Shown: positions 19,380 through 27,996 of the stretch, in pieces
Numbering within the stretch: the stretch's first letter is position 1
How the letters are laid out: each line of letters opens with the position of its first letter
IMG/VR virus record: IMGVR_UViG_3300028840_002850
Span: 698-64,697 of that record
From: a virus
Taxonomy: Duplodnaviria > Caudoviricetes
Direction: 5' to 3' (one strand)
DNA: 64,000 nt
Notes under the pieces: model-generated
Told to the model about the DNA's origin: nothing
Databases searched by the model: none
The model's input: the letters and a program-made list of their open reading frames with translations, nothing else
Made by a program: the position numbers and the translations under genes

Positions 19380-19571
19380 TTATCCGTGATCAGGTGCTTC
19401 TTTTTTCGCTTTTTCTAATTCGGTTAAGTGTAGTTCGATATTTACATATTTTCGATAATCAGTGGTATCTTCCACTTTTTTTATTTGAACTAAAAAATCT
19501 CCACCTAATGATTCGGCAAGAATCATATTTACCCTGCTTGCTATTTCTAAGGCTGTCATGGTTTTCTCCAA
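19380..19571 (-). CDS. Hypothetical protein
   Basis: 63-aa ORF bounded by motifs. Confidence 0.5.
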   Translation of the reverse strand: MEKTMTALEIASRVNMILAESLGGDFLVQIKKVEDTTDYRKYVNIELHLTELEKAKKEAPDHG

Positions 19572-19586
19572 TCTTCTATTACGCTA

Positions 19587-19760
19587 TCAGGCGGTTGTTA
19601 AATTAAATTTTCCCGAATATTTTAAATTTGGTCGTTCATAAAAATATTTTCTTTTTCGATAACATTCCCTACAAATAGTTGGGTACGCCATGTAAAAAAG
19701 ACGGTTTATGTTTCTGCTATCTTCGATACCGCATTTGTGGCATTTAAATTCTGCTCTCAT
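19587..19760 (-). CDS. Zn-finger small protein (57 aa)
   Basis: MRAEFKCHKC...CRECY; stop within CGCCTGA. Confidence 0.55.
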   Translation of the reverse strand: MRAEFKCHKCGIEDSRNINRLFYMAYPTICRECYRKRKYFYERPNLKYSGKFNLTTA

Positions 19761-19797
19761 TAGCCTACCTATTAGATGTCAGTTGCTTCCGCTCATG

Positions 19798-20253
19798 TTA
19801 TTTAAATGCTTTTACAATATCAGGAATAACTTCTTCCCATTCAACCCGATAGTCTTTGATAATTGTAATGCGGGAGTATTCAATCACAACCGTATTGAAT
19901 TTAAACCAGCCATCTTCGTTTTTTAGGTTGATTAGATATTCATACAGACCCAAACCGGCAGCAGTGATTTTATTCTTATCGGCTTTATTTACCCTTCGGC
20001 TACGGGTTTTAGGATCTTCAATTACATTCCCGTATTTGGCATACCTTTCGGTAGCCAAGGGACTATCTGGAAGTAAAATCATAATGTTTTCGGTTTTATC
20101 CTGCCCCAAGAGATATTTTCCGCCTTCAAACTCTACCCATCCAGGTGTTTCAGCGGGTTTCGGTTCAACAACAGCATGAGCTAAAAACGGTACAACACAA
20201 AAAGCTAAAATTAGTGCGATTTTTTTCATTGGTTTTCCTTTCTTAATGTACAA
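19798..20253 (-). CDS. Secreted hypothetical protein
   Basis: MKKIALILAFCVVPFLAHA signal peptide. Confidence 0.6.
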   Translation of the reverse strand: MYIKKGKPMKKIALILAFCVVPFLAHAVVEPKPAETPGWVEFEGGKYLLGQDKTENIMILLPDSPLATERYAKYGNVIEDPKTRSRRVNKADKNKITAAGLGLYEYLINLKNEDGWFKFNTVVIEYSRITIIKDYRVEWEEVIPDIVKAFK

Positions 20254-20373
20254 GTAGATAGAGTTTAATAAACCCTGGTATTATTATATACATCATAAGT
20301 AGAGCAAAAGCTGCACCCATTATAAGACCCATTGAAAGACCTATTGAAAATTTTTCTGTTTCTTTTTCATTCA

Positions 20374-20988
20374 TTACTCAGCCTTTGCTTTCTCCCATTC
20401 CGATTCAATTTCTTCCACTTTCTTCTTGCCGGGTTTGTAAACCAGATTTGCGAATTTACGCAGAATGTATTTAATGGTTAGTTTGGGCATTACGAATTTT
20501 ACGGTGACAACACAGATAAGCATAATGATTAATGTGTTCATTACGGTAAACATGGGTTGATCCTCCTTCTTTTCAAGGTTTAATATTTTTTGTTCTATGG
20601 ATTCAAAATATTCTTTACTCAGTTCCTTGCCATTTAATAATACAATTGGAGCTTCAAGACTTATATATTCTGGTGCTTCTATCGTATCTAGGGCTGGGGC
20701 ATCTGTTCCATCGGAAAATGTTATTGTGCCATCAACGTCCAAGACCAAGTAATCATCTGTTCCAGTAGCAAAATCTATAGTAGTAGTGTCAGCCGAAGTC
20801 GCAATTTCAATAGCTGAATCATCGGTTATACTTGTTGAGCTTCCACTCCCCACGTCTAAAATAACCCATCCGCTATCGTGATACAAAACAAGGTTTTTAG
20901 AATCTCTATTATAAGCCACTTGACCATTATATTCTCCGGGTTCATCGAGCGAATCAATTACTCTGATACCATAACTATTTGAGTCCAT
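20374..20988 (-). CDS. Membrane-anchored protein, paralog A
   Basis: Acidic beta-rich N-terminus; C-terminal about 75 aa (coil, TM, basic tail) near-identical to 21256..21963. Confidence 0.65.
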   Translation of the reverse strand: MDSNSYGIRVIDSLDEPGEYNGQVAYNRDSKNLVLYHDSGWVILDVGSGSSTSITDDSAIEIATSADTTTIDFATGTDDYLVLDVDGTITFSDGTDAPALDTIEAPEYISLEAPIVLLNGKELSKEYFESIEQKILNLEKKEDQPMFTVMNTLIIMLICVVTVKFVMPKLTIKYILRKFANLVYKPGKKKVEEIESEWEKAKAE

Positions 20989-21256
20989 CTATCACATCAT
21001 CAATAGAATAAGCCACAATCGCAATACCACCATTGTTTCTTACCTGAGATAAAAAGATTTCTTGATACTTACTTAATTTGCCGTTAGGCGATTTCACTTC
21101 GATTGCCAGAAAGCGTTTTTTGTATATTCCAATAATATCAGCTATGCCTTTGTATGCTCCCAAACCCTGAAGGGCATGGAAATGAAATACCCCTATTGCC
21201 TTCAGGTATTGCTTAATGGCCTTCTTTAATCTAGTTTCTGGTGTCAGTTTTGGCAT
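20975..21256 (-). CDS. VRR-NUC nuclease (Holliday junction resolvase-like)
   Basis: ETRLKKAI, GIADII, AIEVKS and LSKYQ motifs. Confidence 0.85.
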   Translation of the reverse strand: MPKLTPETRLKKAIKQYLKAIGVFHFHALQGLGAYKGIADIIGIYKKRFLAIEVKSPNGKLSKYQEIFLSQVRNNGGIAIVAYSIDDVIDGLK

Positions 21257-21963
21257 TATTCGGTCTTTGCTTTTTCCCATTCAGTCTCAACTTCTTCAAT
21301 CTTCTTTTTTCCGGGCTTGTAAACCAAATTGGCAAACTTCCGTAGAATGTATTTTATAGTTAGTTTGGGAATTACGAATTTAACAGTGACAACACAAATA
21401 AGCATGATGATTAAAATGTTCGTTGTTGTAAACATGGTTTGATCCTCCCTATTTTCAAGGTTAATGATTCGTTGTTCTATTGATTCAAAATGTTGTTTAT
21501 TATACCTACTGCCACCATCTGACACAGCCACCCAATTATTGCCATTATGTATGCAGATGTTAATTAGTCTACCTCCACCTATTGAACAATCGTGGGGTGT
21601 CAGACCATCTTTTATAATTACAATATCTCCTTCTTTGCCCACAGCCAGGTCCGATATTTTATTTTGTTTAATATTAATCGGGGCAACCCACTCAAAAGTT
21701 CCATCTTCATATGTTAAAATTTGGTCAGGTGAGGGATGGCTAAGAACTAAAAGATCGGTGTCTACCCATTCTTCGCCAGTAGCAGTAACAATCCATTCGG
21801 AGTCGGTTGGTGCACCAATTTCTATATCTACCATTGTGTTATTTTTTAATACAAAACAATCAGTTGAAGAATCAAAAGTAAGAGTAGCGTCTGTAGCTGA
21901 CTCTATTGTGGAATCCGCGTCTATCAGGGTATTGCTAAATATAATCCAGGAATCATCGCCCAT
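21256..21963 (-). CDS. Membrane-anchored protein, paralog B
   Basis: Shares the C-terminal FESIEQ...EWEKAK module with 20374..20988. Confidence 0.65.
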   Translation of the reverse strand: MGDDSWIIFSNTLIDADSTIESATDATLTFDSSTDCFVLKNNTMVDIEIGAPTDSEWIVTATGEEWVDTDLLVLSHPSPDQILTYEDGTFEWVAPINIKQNKISDLAVGKEGDIVIIKDGLTPHDCSIGGGRLINICIHNGNNWVAVSDGGSRYNKQHFESIEQRIINLENREDQTMFTTTNILIIMLICVVTVKFVIPKLTIKYILRKFANLVYKPGKKKIEEVETEWEKAKTE

Positions 21964-22141
21964 CAGGTATTCGGGTATCCTCTCCTATCAAATCCCCACA
22001 TATCGGGCATTTATATAGCCGTATGGGAGGGTCGGGGAATTTTTTTGCTTTCCCGTTATGGTCAAAGTCCCCTTGTTTCAAGGCTCCGGTGGAAGCCTCA
22101 ATTACTATCATGGGCTTTCCGCAACAAAGTCGTGTGGCCAC
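21953..22141 (-). CDS. Zn-ribbon small protein
   Basis: CCGKPM...YKCPICG. Confidence 0.55.
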   Translation of the reverse strand: MATRLCCGKPMIVIEASTGALKQGDFDHNGKAKKFPDPPIRLYKCPICGDLIGEDTRIPDGR

Positions 22142-22455
22142 TATTTCTCGCTTTCCCTAAACAGAAATTCATTTACATATTCCAGACATCTCAAGGGCAG
22201 GGTTTCCCACATGCTACCCCAGAATGTCTGACCGCCTTTCTGGTGTTCCCACGCCTGATGTTCACTCCAAAGTAACGGAACTGCGTAAATGTCAGGAGCT
22301 TTTAAAGATGTTCCCTTTCTTCCAAAGCCCTGATGTGCTGGCACTATCGGATCATCCTTAATCCCGGGCAACCCCGAATATAGCGACCGCTTGGTTCTGA
22401 TGAAGTCCAAGTATTTTTTCGACCGGAAGTTTTTTATTTTGGGATAGGCTGTCAT
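22141..22455 (-). CDS. DUF968/HNH-like protein, degenerate Cys ligands
   Basis: RSKKYLDFIR, AHQG, KAPDIYAVPL...H. Confidence 0.55.
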   Translation of the reverse strand: MTAYPKIKNFRSKKYLDFIRTKRSLYSGLPGIKDDPIVPAHQGFGRKGTSLKAPDIYAVPLLWSEHQAWEHQKGGQTFWGSMWETLPLRCLEYVNEFLFRESEK

Positions 22456-22880
22456 GGATTAGAATTCTCCAAAAGCTTATTGACCGTTACCCCTATCTTT
22501 GCGGCCATAATTTCTAACGCTCGGCTGAAATAGTCACATGCCTTAATATGGCTCAGGTTGCGAAAGGCAATTGAGCGATACTTGAAGTGCATCCGTTTTC
22601 CGTCCCATACCGACTCTTTCATATTGACAAAATTAGTTGCTATCCGGCATTGAAAATCAACCTTCTTTTTTGTGTCCCAATCTTTGTCTTCGCAGTTGTC
22701 AGCAACGGTTTGACAGCAGGCCCAGTATCCGTTAATCTGCCGTAAGCTCCGGGGGCTTTTCACTCCGTAAACCTGAAGCCTTAAAACCTTGTCGGTCGGG
22801 TATTCCCGTATGATATCCTCATCCCCTTGCGAGATGGGTTCGAACCGACCGTGCTTTCTTTGTACGAATACCTCTTGCAT
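22452..22880 (-). CDS. NinB/DUF1367-like recombination protein
   Basis: RSLRQINGYW...SIAF motifs; next to exonuclease and ERF. Confidence 0.5.
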   Translation of the reverse strand: MQEVFVQRKHGRFEPISQGDEDIIREYPTDKVLRLQVYGVKSPRSLRQINGYWACCQTVADNCEDKDWDTKKKVDFQCRIATNFVNMKESVWDGKRMHFKYRSIAFRNLSHIKACDYFSRALEIMAAKIGVTVNKLLENSNP

Positions 22881-23485
22881 TATTTCGCTTTTAGTTCCTG
22901 AATAGTAGCGGCCAGCACATAGCAGAATTTGTCAAGTTCGGCTTCCAGCTTTTTAAGAAATTCCTTGTCGCGTTCAACCCGGAAAATAAACGGCTTTATG
23001 CCGGGATGGTAGCTCACGAAGTCGCACCATTCGCGGCCGGTGATCAAAAGCCCCCCCTGCACTTGGCGGTGATACGCCGCGGGAAGTTTGTCCTTTAACA
23101 GATATTCTACATGGGTTGAGATGATGGGGCACTTGATTTCAATTTGCCCATCCTCACCGATAAGTCCATCTGGTGAATAGCTGTATTTCTTTTGTTCATC
23201 GGGATAACAAAGACCGACCTCTTGAACTTCAACATCATTAATGAGTTCATATAACCCTCTGGCCTCTGGCTCCATTTCAACGCCACGCTCAATAATGGCA
23301 TTCGAATAACCATCAGCCTTTTTTCCGGTAATCGCCTCTCCCGCTAGTTGAAATAGATATTTTTCAGCCTGCTTTGATGGCTTGCCGTCAGAGGTTATGA
23401 TTTTATCGAAGCAACTTGCAGTGGGGATGCCGGCCCTTGCCGCGAACCATTCATTCGAAAGTTGGGGAACATCTAAGGTTATCAT
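22880..23485 (-). CDS. YqaJ/lambda-exonuclease family
   Basis: EWFAARAGIPTAS, RGVEMEPEAR, SPDGL, IEIKCP, QVQ and WCDFVSY. Confidence 0.9.
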   Translation of the reverse strand: MITLDVPQLSNEWFAARAGIPTASCFDKIITSDGKPSKQAEKYLFQLAGEAITGKKADGYSNAIIERGVEMEPEARGLYELINDVEVQEVGLCYPDEQKKYSYSPDGLIGEDGQIEIKCPIISTHVEYLLKDKLPAAYHRQVQGGLLITGREWCDFVSYHPGIKPFIFRVERDKEFLKKLEAELDKFCYVLAATIQELKAK

Positions 23486-24271
23486 TTATTTCCCCTTCCG
23501 CTTGTCTTCTAGCTTCGCTTTAAGCCATGCCATTGCGGTATCGAATTTTTCCGCTGGCAGAAGATCGAGCTTTTCAACCCCACCTAGTTTTAGAAATTTA
23601 TCAAGGTTTGTTTCGGTTTCGTTGATCATATCTACGAGTTGACTTAGCTGCTTTTCGCTGATAACAACCGTTCCCCCGGTTTTTACATCATCATCCATAT
23701 CCTTGCTTGCCAATCCGGTAAGAGCTAAAACCGTGTATCTTTCCAAATAGCTTACAGTTGAGCCAATAGCCTGTATGGGGTTTTTGCTGCCGGAATTGTC
23801 GGGCGATGCGGTTAGGGTGGTTTCTTCGCTGTGCCCCATTACATGAGTAATTTTACACGTTACGCTGATGGTTCCGTTTTCCTGGTGGGTGGTCCAGGCC
23901 GCAGACAATCTATGTTTACTCAGGGCTGCATTAATCTTTTCGGTTACATTGGCAAGGGTGGCGTGACTGTATTCAGTCTGGCCCTTGCCCGTTGGGTATG
24001 ACACCCGCTTGTCCTTGTTGATTTCGGGTGGATTCGCTTTGAAATTCGCCATAGCCTCAACATAGGCTTTTTTGGCTTCATTCGCTTCATACCGCTCCTG
24101 TAACGCCATGAGCTTTTCCAGCTTGTCAAGATCGGCTTTATTAGAGATCGCCATCTGAATTAAGGCCGCTGGTGTGTTCTCGGGTGTGGTTGCCGGTAGG
24201 TTCTCCTCTCCTGAAACCCGGCCCTCGAATTTGACAAGGTCTGTTTCTTGTTGCGTCATAGTGTCCTCCAT
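23486..24271 (-). CDS. erf: ERF-family single-strand annealing protein
   Basis: YSHATL, HVMGHSE and QAIGSTVSYLERY...GL...DDD signature. Confidence 0.9.
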   Translation of the reverse strand: MEDTMTQQETDLVKFEGRVSGEENLPATTPENTPAALIQMAISNKADLDKLEKLMALQERYEANEAKKAYVEAMANFKANPPEINKDKRVSYPTGKGQTEYSHATLANVTEKINAALSKHRLSAAWTTHQENGTISVTCKITHVMGHSEETTLTASPDNSGSKNPIQAIGSTVSYLERYTVLALTGLASKDMDDDVKTGGTVVISEKQLSQLVDMINETETNLDKFLKLGGVEKLDLLPAEKFDTAMAWLKAKLEDKRKGK

Positions 24272-24525
24272 ATTCTAAAACCGTTTTTCCCTTCCATTTC
24301 ATTGATTTTTTCGGTTGACCTATTTATTCTGTCAACAATCTCATCCAACTGCTTGTCTATTTCTGCAAGTTCTGGATCTTTATGGTTAGCTGCTTGATGC
24401 AAACACCCATTGTGACATTCTTCATCTTCCCATCTGGGCTTTACCCAATCCCTGCAATCATATAGCGCCGCACCACAATTTTCGCAGAAGTCAATTATTG
24501 CTGGCTGGAATTCGTTTAGCATCAA
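24256..24525 (-). CDS. Hypothetical Zn-binding protein
   Basis: FCENCG; overlaps the ERF start. Confidence 0.5.
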   Translation of the reverse strand: MMLNEFQPAIIDFCENCGAALYDCRDWVKPRWEDEECHNGCLHQAANHKDPELAEIDKQLDEIVDRINRSTEKINEMEGKNGFRIWRTL

Positions 24526-25147
24526 AGCCGTCCTTTCAGATTGGTGTAAAAATAAATCCTATCGCTCCGTTCGCATGTCAGCAAAAAACAAAGCAATGCC
24601 GTCCGCGCTTCAGGCGTAAGCCTTACCCTTCTTTTTTTGCGCCGCTCTGGAAGCTCCGTGATACCAACAAAATTTTGCTTGGCCGACTTCGGCTCGTTTT
24701 TGCTCATTTCCGTCCTTGTCTTTTTCGGTGAACCACCTGACAATGTGGCCGGCCTGCAACTGGCACTCCGGGAACCTGCATATTTTTCCCGCTTTGAGCA
24801 AGGCTTTGTAAAGAGGATCACCGGTCTTTACACCCATTGTTATTTATACAACTCCAATGCAAACCACAGAACTGCCGTGATCGAATACGCGATTACGAGT
24901 GACCAAAATAGTTTCCTCATAGTCTCGACCAAGGCGAATTAAATTTTTCGTGAATTACAAAATATTTTTTCGTGCTGTGATTGTAAAAAAGATAGCCGAA
25001 ATTTGCATATTTAATGAATTCACAATCGGTTATTAAAAGTTTTGGCATTTATTCCCCCTTTTAAAAGACGCCGGGGACCATTCAAGGCCTGGAGACACGG
25101 GGGGTGGTGGCCACCCAATCCTTACGGTATTGGGAATCCCCGGCGTT

Positions 25148-25378
25148 CTATCTTTCCAGAGAGTTTAAAAGCGCCAGTAGCGCCGGTTTATCTTTCGGGC
25201 AATCCCATTTTTTCGTCTTTGCGTCAAAGCCCTTAGCCTTTAATTCTTTCCGATCCTTCCTGGCATCAGCTTCGGTGCCCGACCAGTGCCGCCTGCTTTT
25301 TTCCCCGAAGTTGGCAATGGTCGCCTTGCTCGACTTAATCCCCATCGTGCAATATAAAGCCATTTCTCGTACCTCCAT
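25148..25378 (-). CDS. Hypothetical early protein
   Basis: First ORF after the leftward promoter leader. Confidence 0.5.
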   Translation of the reverse strand: MEVREMALYCTMGIKSSKATIANFGEKSRRHWSGTEADARKDRKELKAKGFDAKTKKWDCPKDKPALLALLNSLER

Positions 25379-25610
25379 TTTTGAGTGTGTGGGGCCAGCA
25401 CCGGGCTCACCGGCCTTTATCCGCTATTACTGACCCCGCTTTTTAGACCCTATCCCTGATGCTTTTACCCCGTCTGCCGTCGCATGTCGGGGCGTCAGGG
25501 CTTCGGGTTTTACCACCCACTCCCCCGCCGCTGGTAGGGTTGACCCTTTACGCTATTAAAGCACCTGGCCAACGGGCGTGTGGGTGGTCTGGGCCGTGGT
25601 TGATTTTTTA

Positions 25611-25639
25611 TCTCACATGCAGTATCTCAAAAAGTGAGA
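25611..25639 (-). promoter_or_regulatory. Leftward early (PL-like) promoter/operator region
   Basis: Minus-strand TTGACA -35 at 25639-25634 followed by the palindrome ATCTCA-N5-TGAGAT and a further TCTCAC half-site at 25611; exact -10 uncertain. Confidence 0.55.
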
Positions 25640-25719
25640 TGCTTGTCAAGAAAAAATTGCCCTTAGGAAGAAAAAAATTGATTGTGGTTTTCCGCGATCT
25701 ATCTCACGGGGGGGGGGTG

Positions 25720-26079
25720 TTACTTTTTTTCTATGGAATTAACTGCCTGTTGGGTAAGGAATTCAATAGTTTTCAGATGTTCGGAGTTGGGTTCGTCTTC
25801 GATAAGCGTGGTCAGGTTTGAAAATAACTTTAAATGCCGTTTGTCGAACTCCTTGTCACTCATCAAAATAGCCGGATGAATGCCCAGAACTCTAGCCGCA
25901 TTGATCAATTTTTCTTTGCCCATACCTCGGTCCCCAGATTCGATCTGGCTGATGGCTCCTGTTGAGTTGTAACCTAATTTATATGCCAAATCCATTTGAG
26001 ACATACCCTTTATTTCCCGGAGTGTCCTGATTTTATTTCCCAAGATCTGGTTAAATGTTTTTGCAACTTTCGTGCCCAT
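25720..26079 (-). CDS. CI-like XRE HTH repressor
   Basis: IRTLREIKGMSQMDLAYKLG...ISQIESG; divergent from the cro-like gene; no peptidase domain. Confidence 0.85.
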   Translation of the reverse strand: MGTKVAKTFNQILGNKIRTLREIKGMSQMDLAYKLGYNSTGAISQIESGDRGMGKEKLINAARVLGIHPAILMSDKEFDKRHLKLFSNLTTLIEDEPNSEHLKTIEFLTQQAVNSIEKK

Positions 26080-26181
26080 TATACTTTCCTTTCTCACAAA
26101 AAGCAAGGCTTTTGATATGGGTTACGTTATAGGAATAATTCCTAAAAGTAAATCACAAACGGAAAGAACTTCAATTTTTTA

Positions 26182-26210
26182 TTGACAACCTATCTCACAT
26201 TTTGTAAGAT
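26182..26210 (+). promoter_or_regulatory. Rightward early (PR-like) promoter with operator
   Basis: TTGACA-N17-TAAGAT overlapping ATCTCAC-ATTTT-GTAAGAT. Confidence 0.75.
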
Positions 26211-26219
26211 AGCCTTGTT

Positions 26220-26414
26220 ATGAAGCTAAATCCATATATCAAAGAGGTAAGGAAAATCTCGATTACCAAAGCGGCCGCCGAAATCGGCATTACGAAACAG
26301 TGGGTGTCTAAGCTATGCAGCGGGTCTCCTGGCGGCAAAAAGCTAGCTCGGGTAATACAGAACTGGTCCGGTGGTTACGTGACCGCTGACGAGATCATGT
26401 TTCCAGACGATTAA
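26220..26414 (+). CDS. Cro-like HTH protein
   Basis: ITKAAAEIGITKQWVSKL...IQNWSGGYVT. Confidence 0.75.
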   Translation: MKLNPYIKEVRKISITKAAAEIGITKQWVSKLCSGSPGGKKLARVIQNWSGGYVTADEIMFPDD

Positions 26415-26425
26415 TCTAAGGGGGG

Positions 26426-26713
26426 ATGATGGACAAAGACAAACCTTTGTTTGTGCCACTGGATTCCAAGATGAAAGAAAAAAAGGTGGTTGAGTCCAAA
26501 GATGTCATCTTGAAACTCCGCACCACCGAAACCCGTGCAGAGCAAATCAAGTCGCATTGTTACGACCGCACCCAACGATGGGGCCGTGTCTATACGGTCA
26601 GCGATTGGTTTAGAGACGGCGACGCTCTTATGGAGCATTTCGGTGATGTCCAAGATCGGCTGTTGGCAAACCGTGATTTGATATTCCATCTTGCCTCAAG
26701 ACTACCAAAATAA
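26426..26713 (+). CDS. Hypothetical (CII-position) regulator
   Basis: Position after cro; RBS AGGGGG. Confidence 0.45.
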   Translation: MMDKDKPLFVPLDSKMKEKKVVESKDVILKLRTTETRAEQIKSHCYDRTQRWGRVYTVSDWFRDGDALMEHFGDVQDRLLANRDLIFHLASRLPK

Positions 26714-26719
26714 TGAACG

Positions 26720-26989
26720 ATGGTCTATGGCACGTATGTGTCACATTTTAGGGGAACTGTGATTCAAGACCGCGATACAATATCTAAGGCATTAAAACTA
26801 ATCCAGTTATTTGAATCCGGGAAACCAGTTACGGTCAGAGATGTAATGAACAAGCTGGATATTTCAAAGTCGAGCGCCCGAAGGTGGATAGACCGCATGA
26901 GTCTGCACCTCCCAATATATGAATACACTACCCCAGATACTAAAATAAGCTGGCTGAACCCTATCAGATACATATTGCGGAAAAATTAA
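26720..26989 (+). CDS. HTH protein
   Basis: VTVRDVMNKLDISKSSARRWI; similar to 28275..28595. Confidence 0.6.
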   Translation: MVYGTYVSHFRGTVIQDRDTISKALKLIQLFESGKPVTVRDVMNKLDISKSSARRWIDRMSLHLPIYEYTTPDTKISWLNPIRYILRKN

Positions 26990-26992
26990 TAG

Positions 26993-27778
26993 ATGGAACG
27001 TGGATATTTCGCTCTATGGAGAAAATTTCAAGATCACGCATTCTGGAAGGAGCGGAGGGTGTTTTCTAAAGCCGAGGCATGGATTGACATCTTGTGGAAT
27101 GTTCAATGGAAGGAGGAGCCACAGGATGTCGTTTTGGGCATGACAGTACTGAAACAACACTATGGGGAGTGTTTAAAGTCAGCAAGGACGTGGGCTTACA
27201 GATGGAACTGGTCGCCAAGCAAGGTCAGACGCTTTCTTGCATTTTTGGAAAAAAAATTAGGTCAAATTCGTATCAAGAATGAAGGTGTGACGACCCGCAT
27301 ATTTGTAATAAATTTCGAGCAATACGACCCAAGGCGAAACACTAATGGAGCTTCAGTGGAACGCGAGCGACCCACTTCCGACCCACAAGTGGTGACTAAT
27401 AATAAAGATAAGAAGGTTAATAAAGAAAGAATACCTTTTGTTGAGATCGTAAACTATCTCAACGCTAAATCAGGAAAGAATTTTAAAAACAACACAAAGG
27501 AAACGAGACGTGCTATTCGGGCGCGGTGGAACGAGGGTTTTCGTTTACCTGATTTTAAGCGGGTTATTGTTACTAAATGTGCGAAATGGAAATCAGACGA
27601 AAAAATGGTGGACTATCTCAGGCCCCAGACGTTATTTGGCACCAAATTTGAGGGCTATTTAAACGAGTCTCCACCAATTCAACAAAAATCAGTTAAAACT
27701 TCAGAACAGGAGGATCTCGAAAGATGGCAGAGAATAGTGCAGCAGCGCAAATCGAATACAACGTCCATGAAGACCTGA
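26993..27778 (+). CDS. Phage replication initiator (conserved phage C-terminal domain)
   Basis: GYFALWRK...AWIDIL N-terminus; IVNYLN...RARWNEGF...YLRPQTLFGTKFEGYLN C-terminus. Confidence 0.85.
   Translation: MERGYFALWRKFQDHAFWKERRVFSKAEAWIDILWNVQWKEEPQDVVLGMTVLKQHYGECLKSARTWAYRWNWSPSKVRRFLAFLEKKLGQIRIKNEGVTTRIFVINFEQYDPRRNTNGASVERERPTSDPQVVTNNKDKKVNKERIPFVEIVNYLNAKSGKNFKNNTKETRRAIRARWNEGFRLPDFKRVIVTKCAKWKSDEKMVDYLRPQTLFGTKFEGYLNESPPIQQKSVKTSEQEDLERWQRIVQQRKSNTTSMKT
27288..27432 (+). other. Putative replication origin inside the initiator gene
   Basis: Four CGACCC iteron-like repeats followed by an A-rich tract, as in lambda O. Confidence 0.45.
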
Positions 27779-27996
27779 GATTCCCAATCGGTCTATTATA
27801 CAAAGCATCGTGGATTTTAGAAAATCATGGATATGCTAAATTTCGCAATTATGTAGACAGGGTAAATATGCCAAATCAAGATATTGAGCGTGTCATCAAT
27901 AAACACAAATATAATTCTGACCCTGAATTTAGAGAATCCATCGAGCAAAAGTGTAAATACATCAAGGATAAGTGGGGGATAGAGATTAAGCCATGA
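27724..27996 (+). CDS. Hypothetical protein
   Basis: Overlaps the end of the replication gene. Confidence 0.5.
   Translation: MAENSAAAQIEYNVHEDLRFPIGLLYKASWILENHGYAKFRNYVDRVNMPNQDIERVINKHKYNSDPEFRESIEQKCKYIKDKWGIEIKP

Larger units (their letters stand above)
12992..19785 (-). repeat. Dispersed 18-bp gene-boundary motif, about 21 copies: CA(A/C)CTGA-N7-T(A/C)(A/G)G
   Basis: Copies start at 12992, 13144, 13418, 13600, 13646, 13895, 14700, 14875, 15052, 15231, 15461, 15660, 15919, 16113, 16295, 17135, 17980, 18225, 19379, 19576 and 19768. All have the same orientation and lie at gene junctions; some have degenerate arms. Confidence 0.85.

Noticed and set aside
12992-19785. Classical integron (attC) or CRISPR interpretation of the boundary motif
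   Set aside because: No RYYYAAC...GTTRRRY long hairpins and no evident IntI-specific features. Spacing is gene-sized and irregular, and there are no cas genes.
20374-21500. Diversity-generating retroelement TR/VR pair
   Set aside because: No reverse transcriptase in the window; the differences look largely synonymous rather than adenine-specific.
26720-26745. Sigma54 promoter (TGGCAC)
   Set aside because: No correctly spaced TTGC -12 element.
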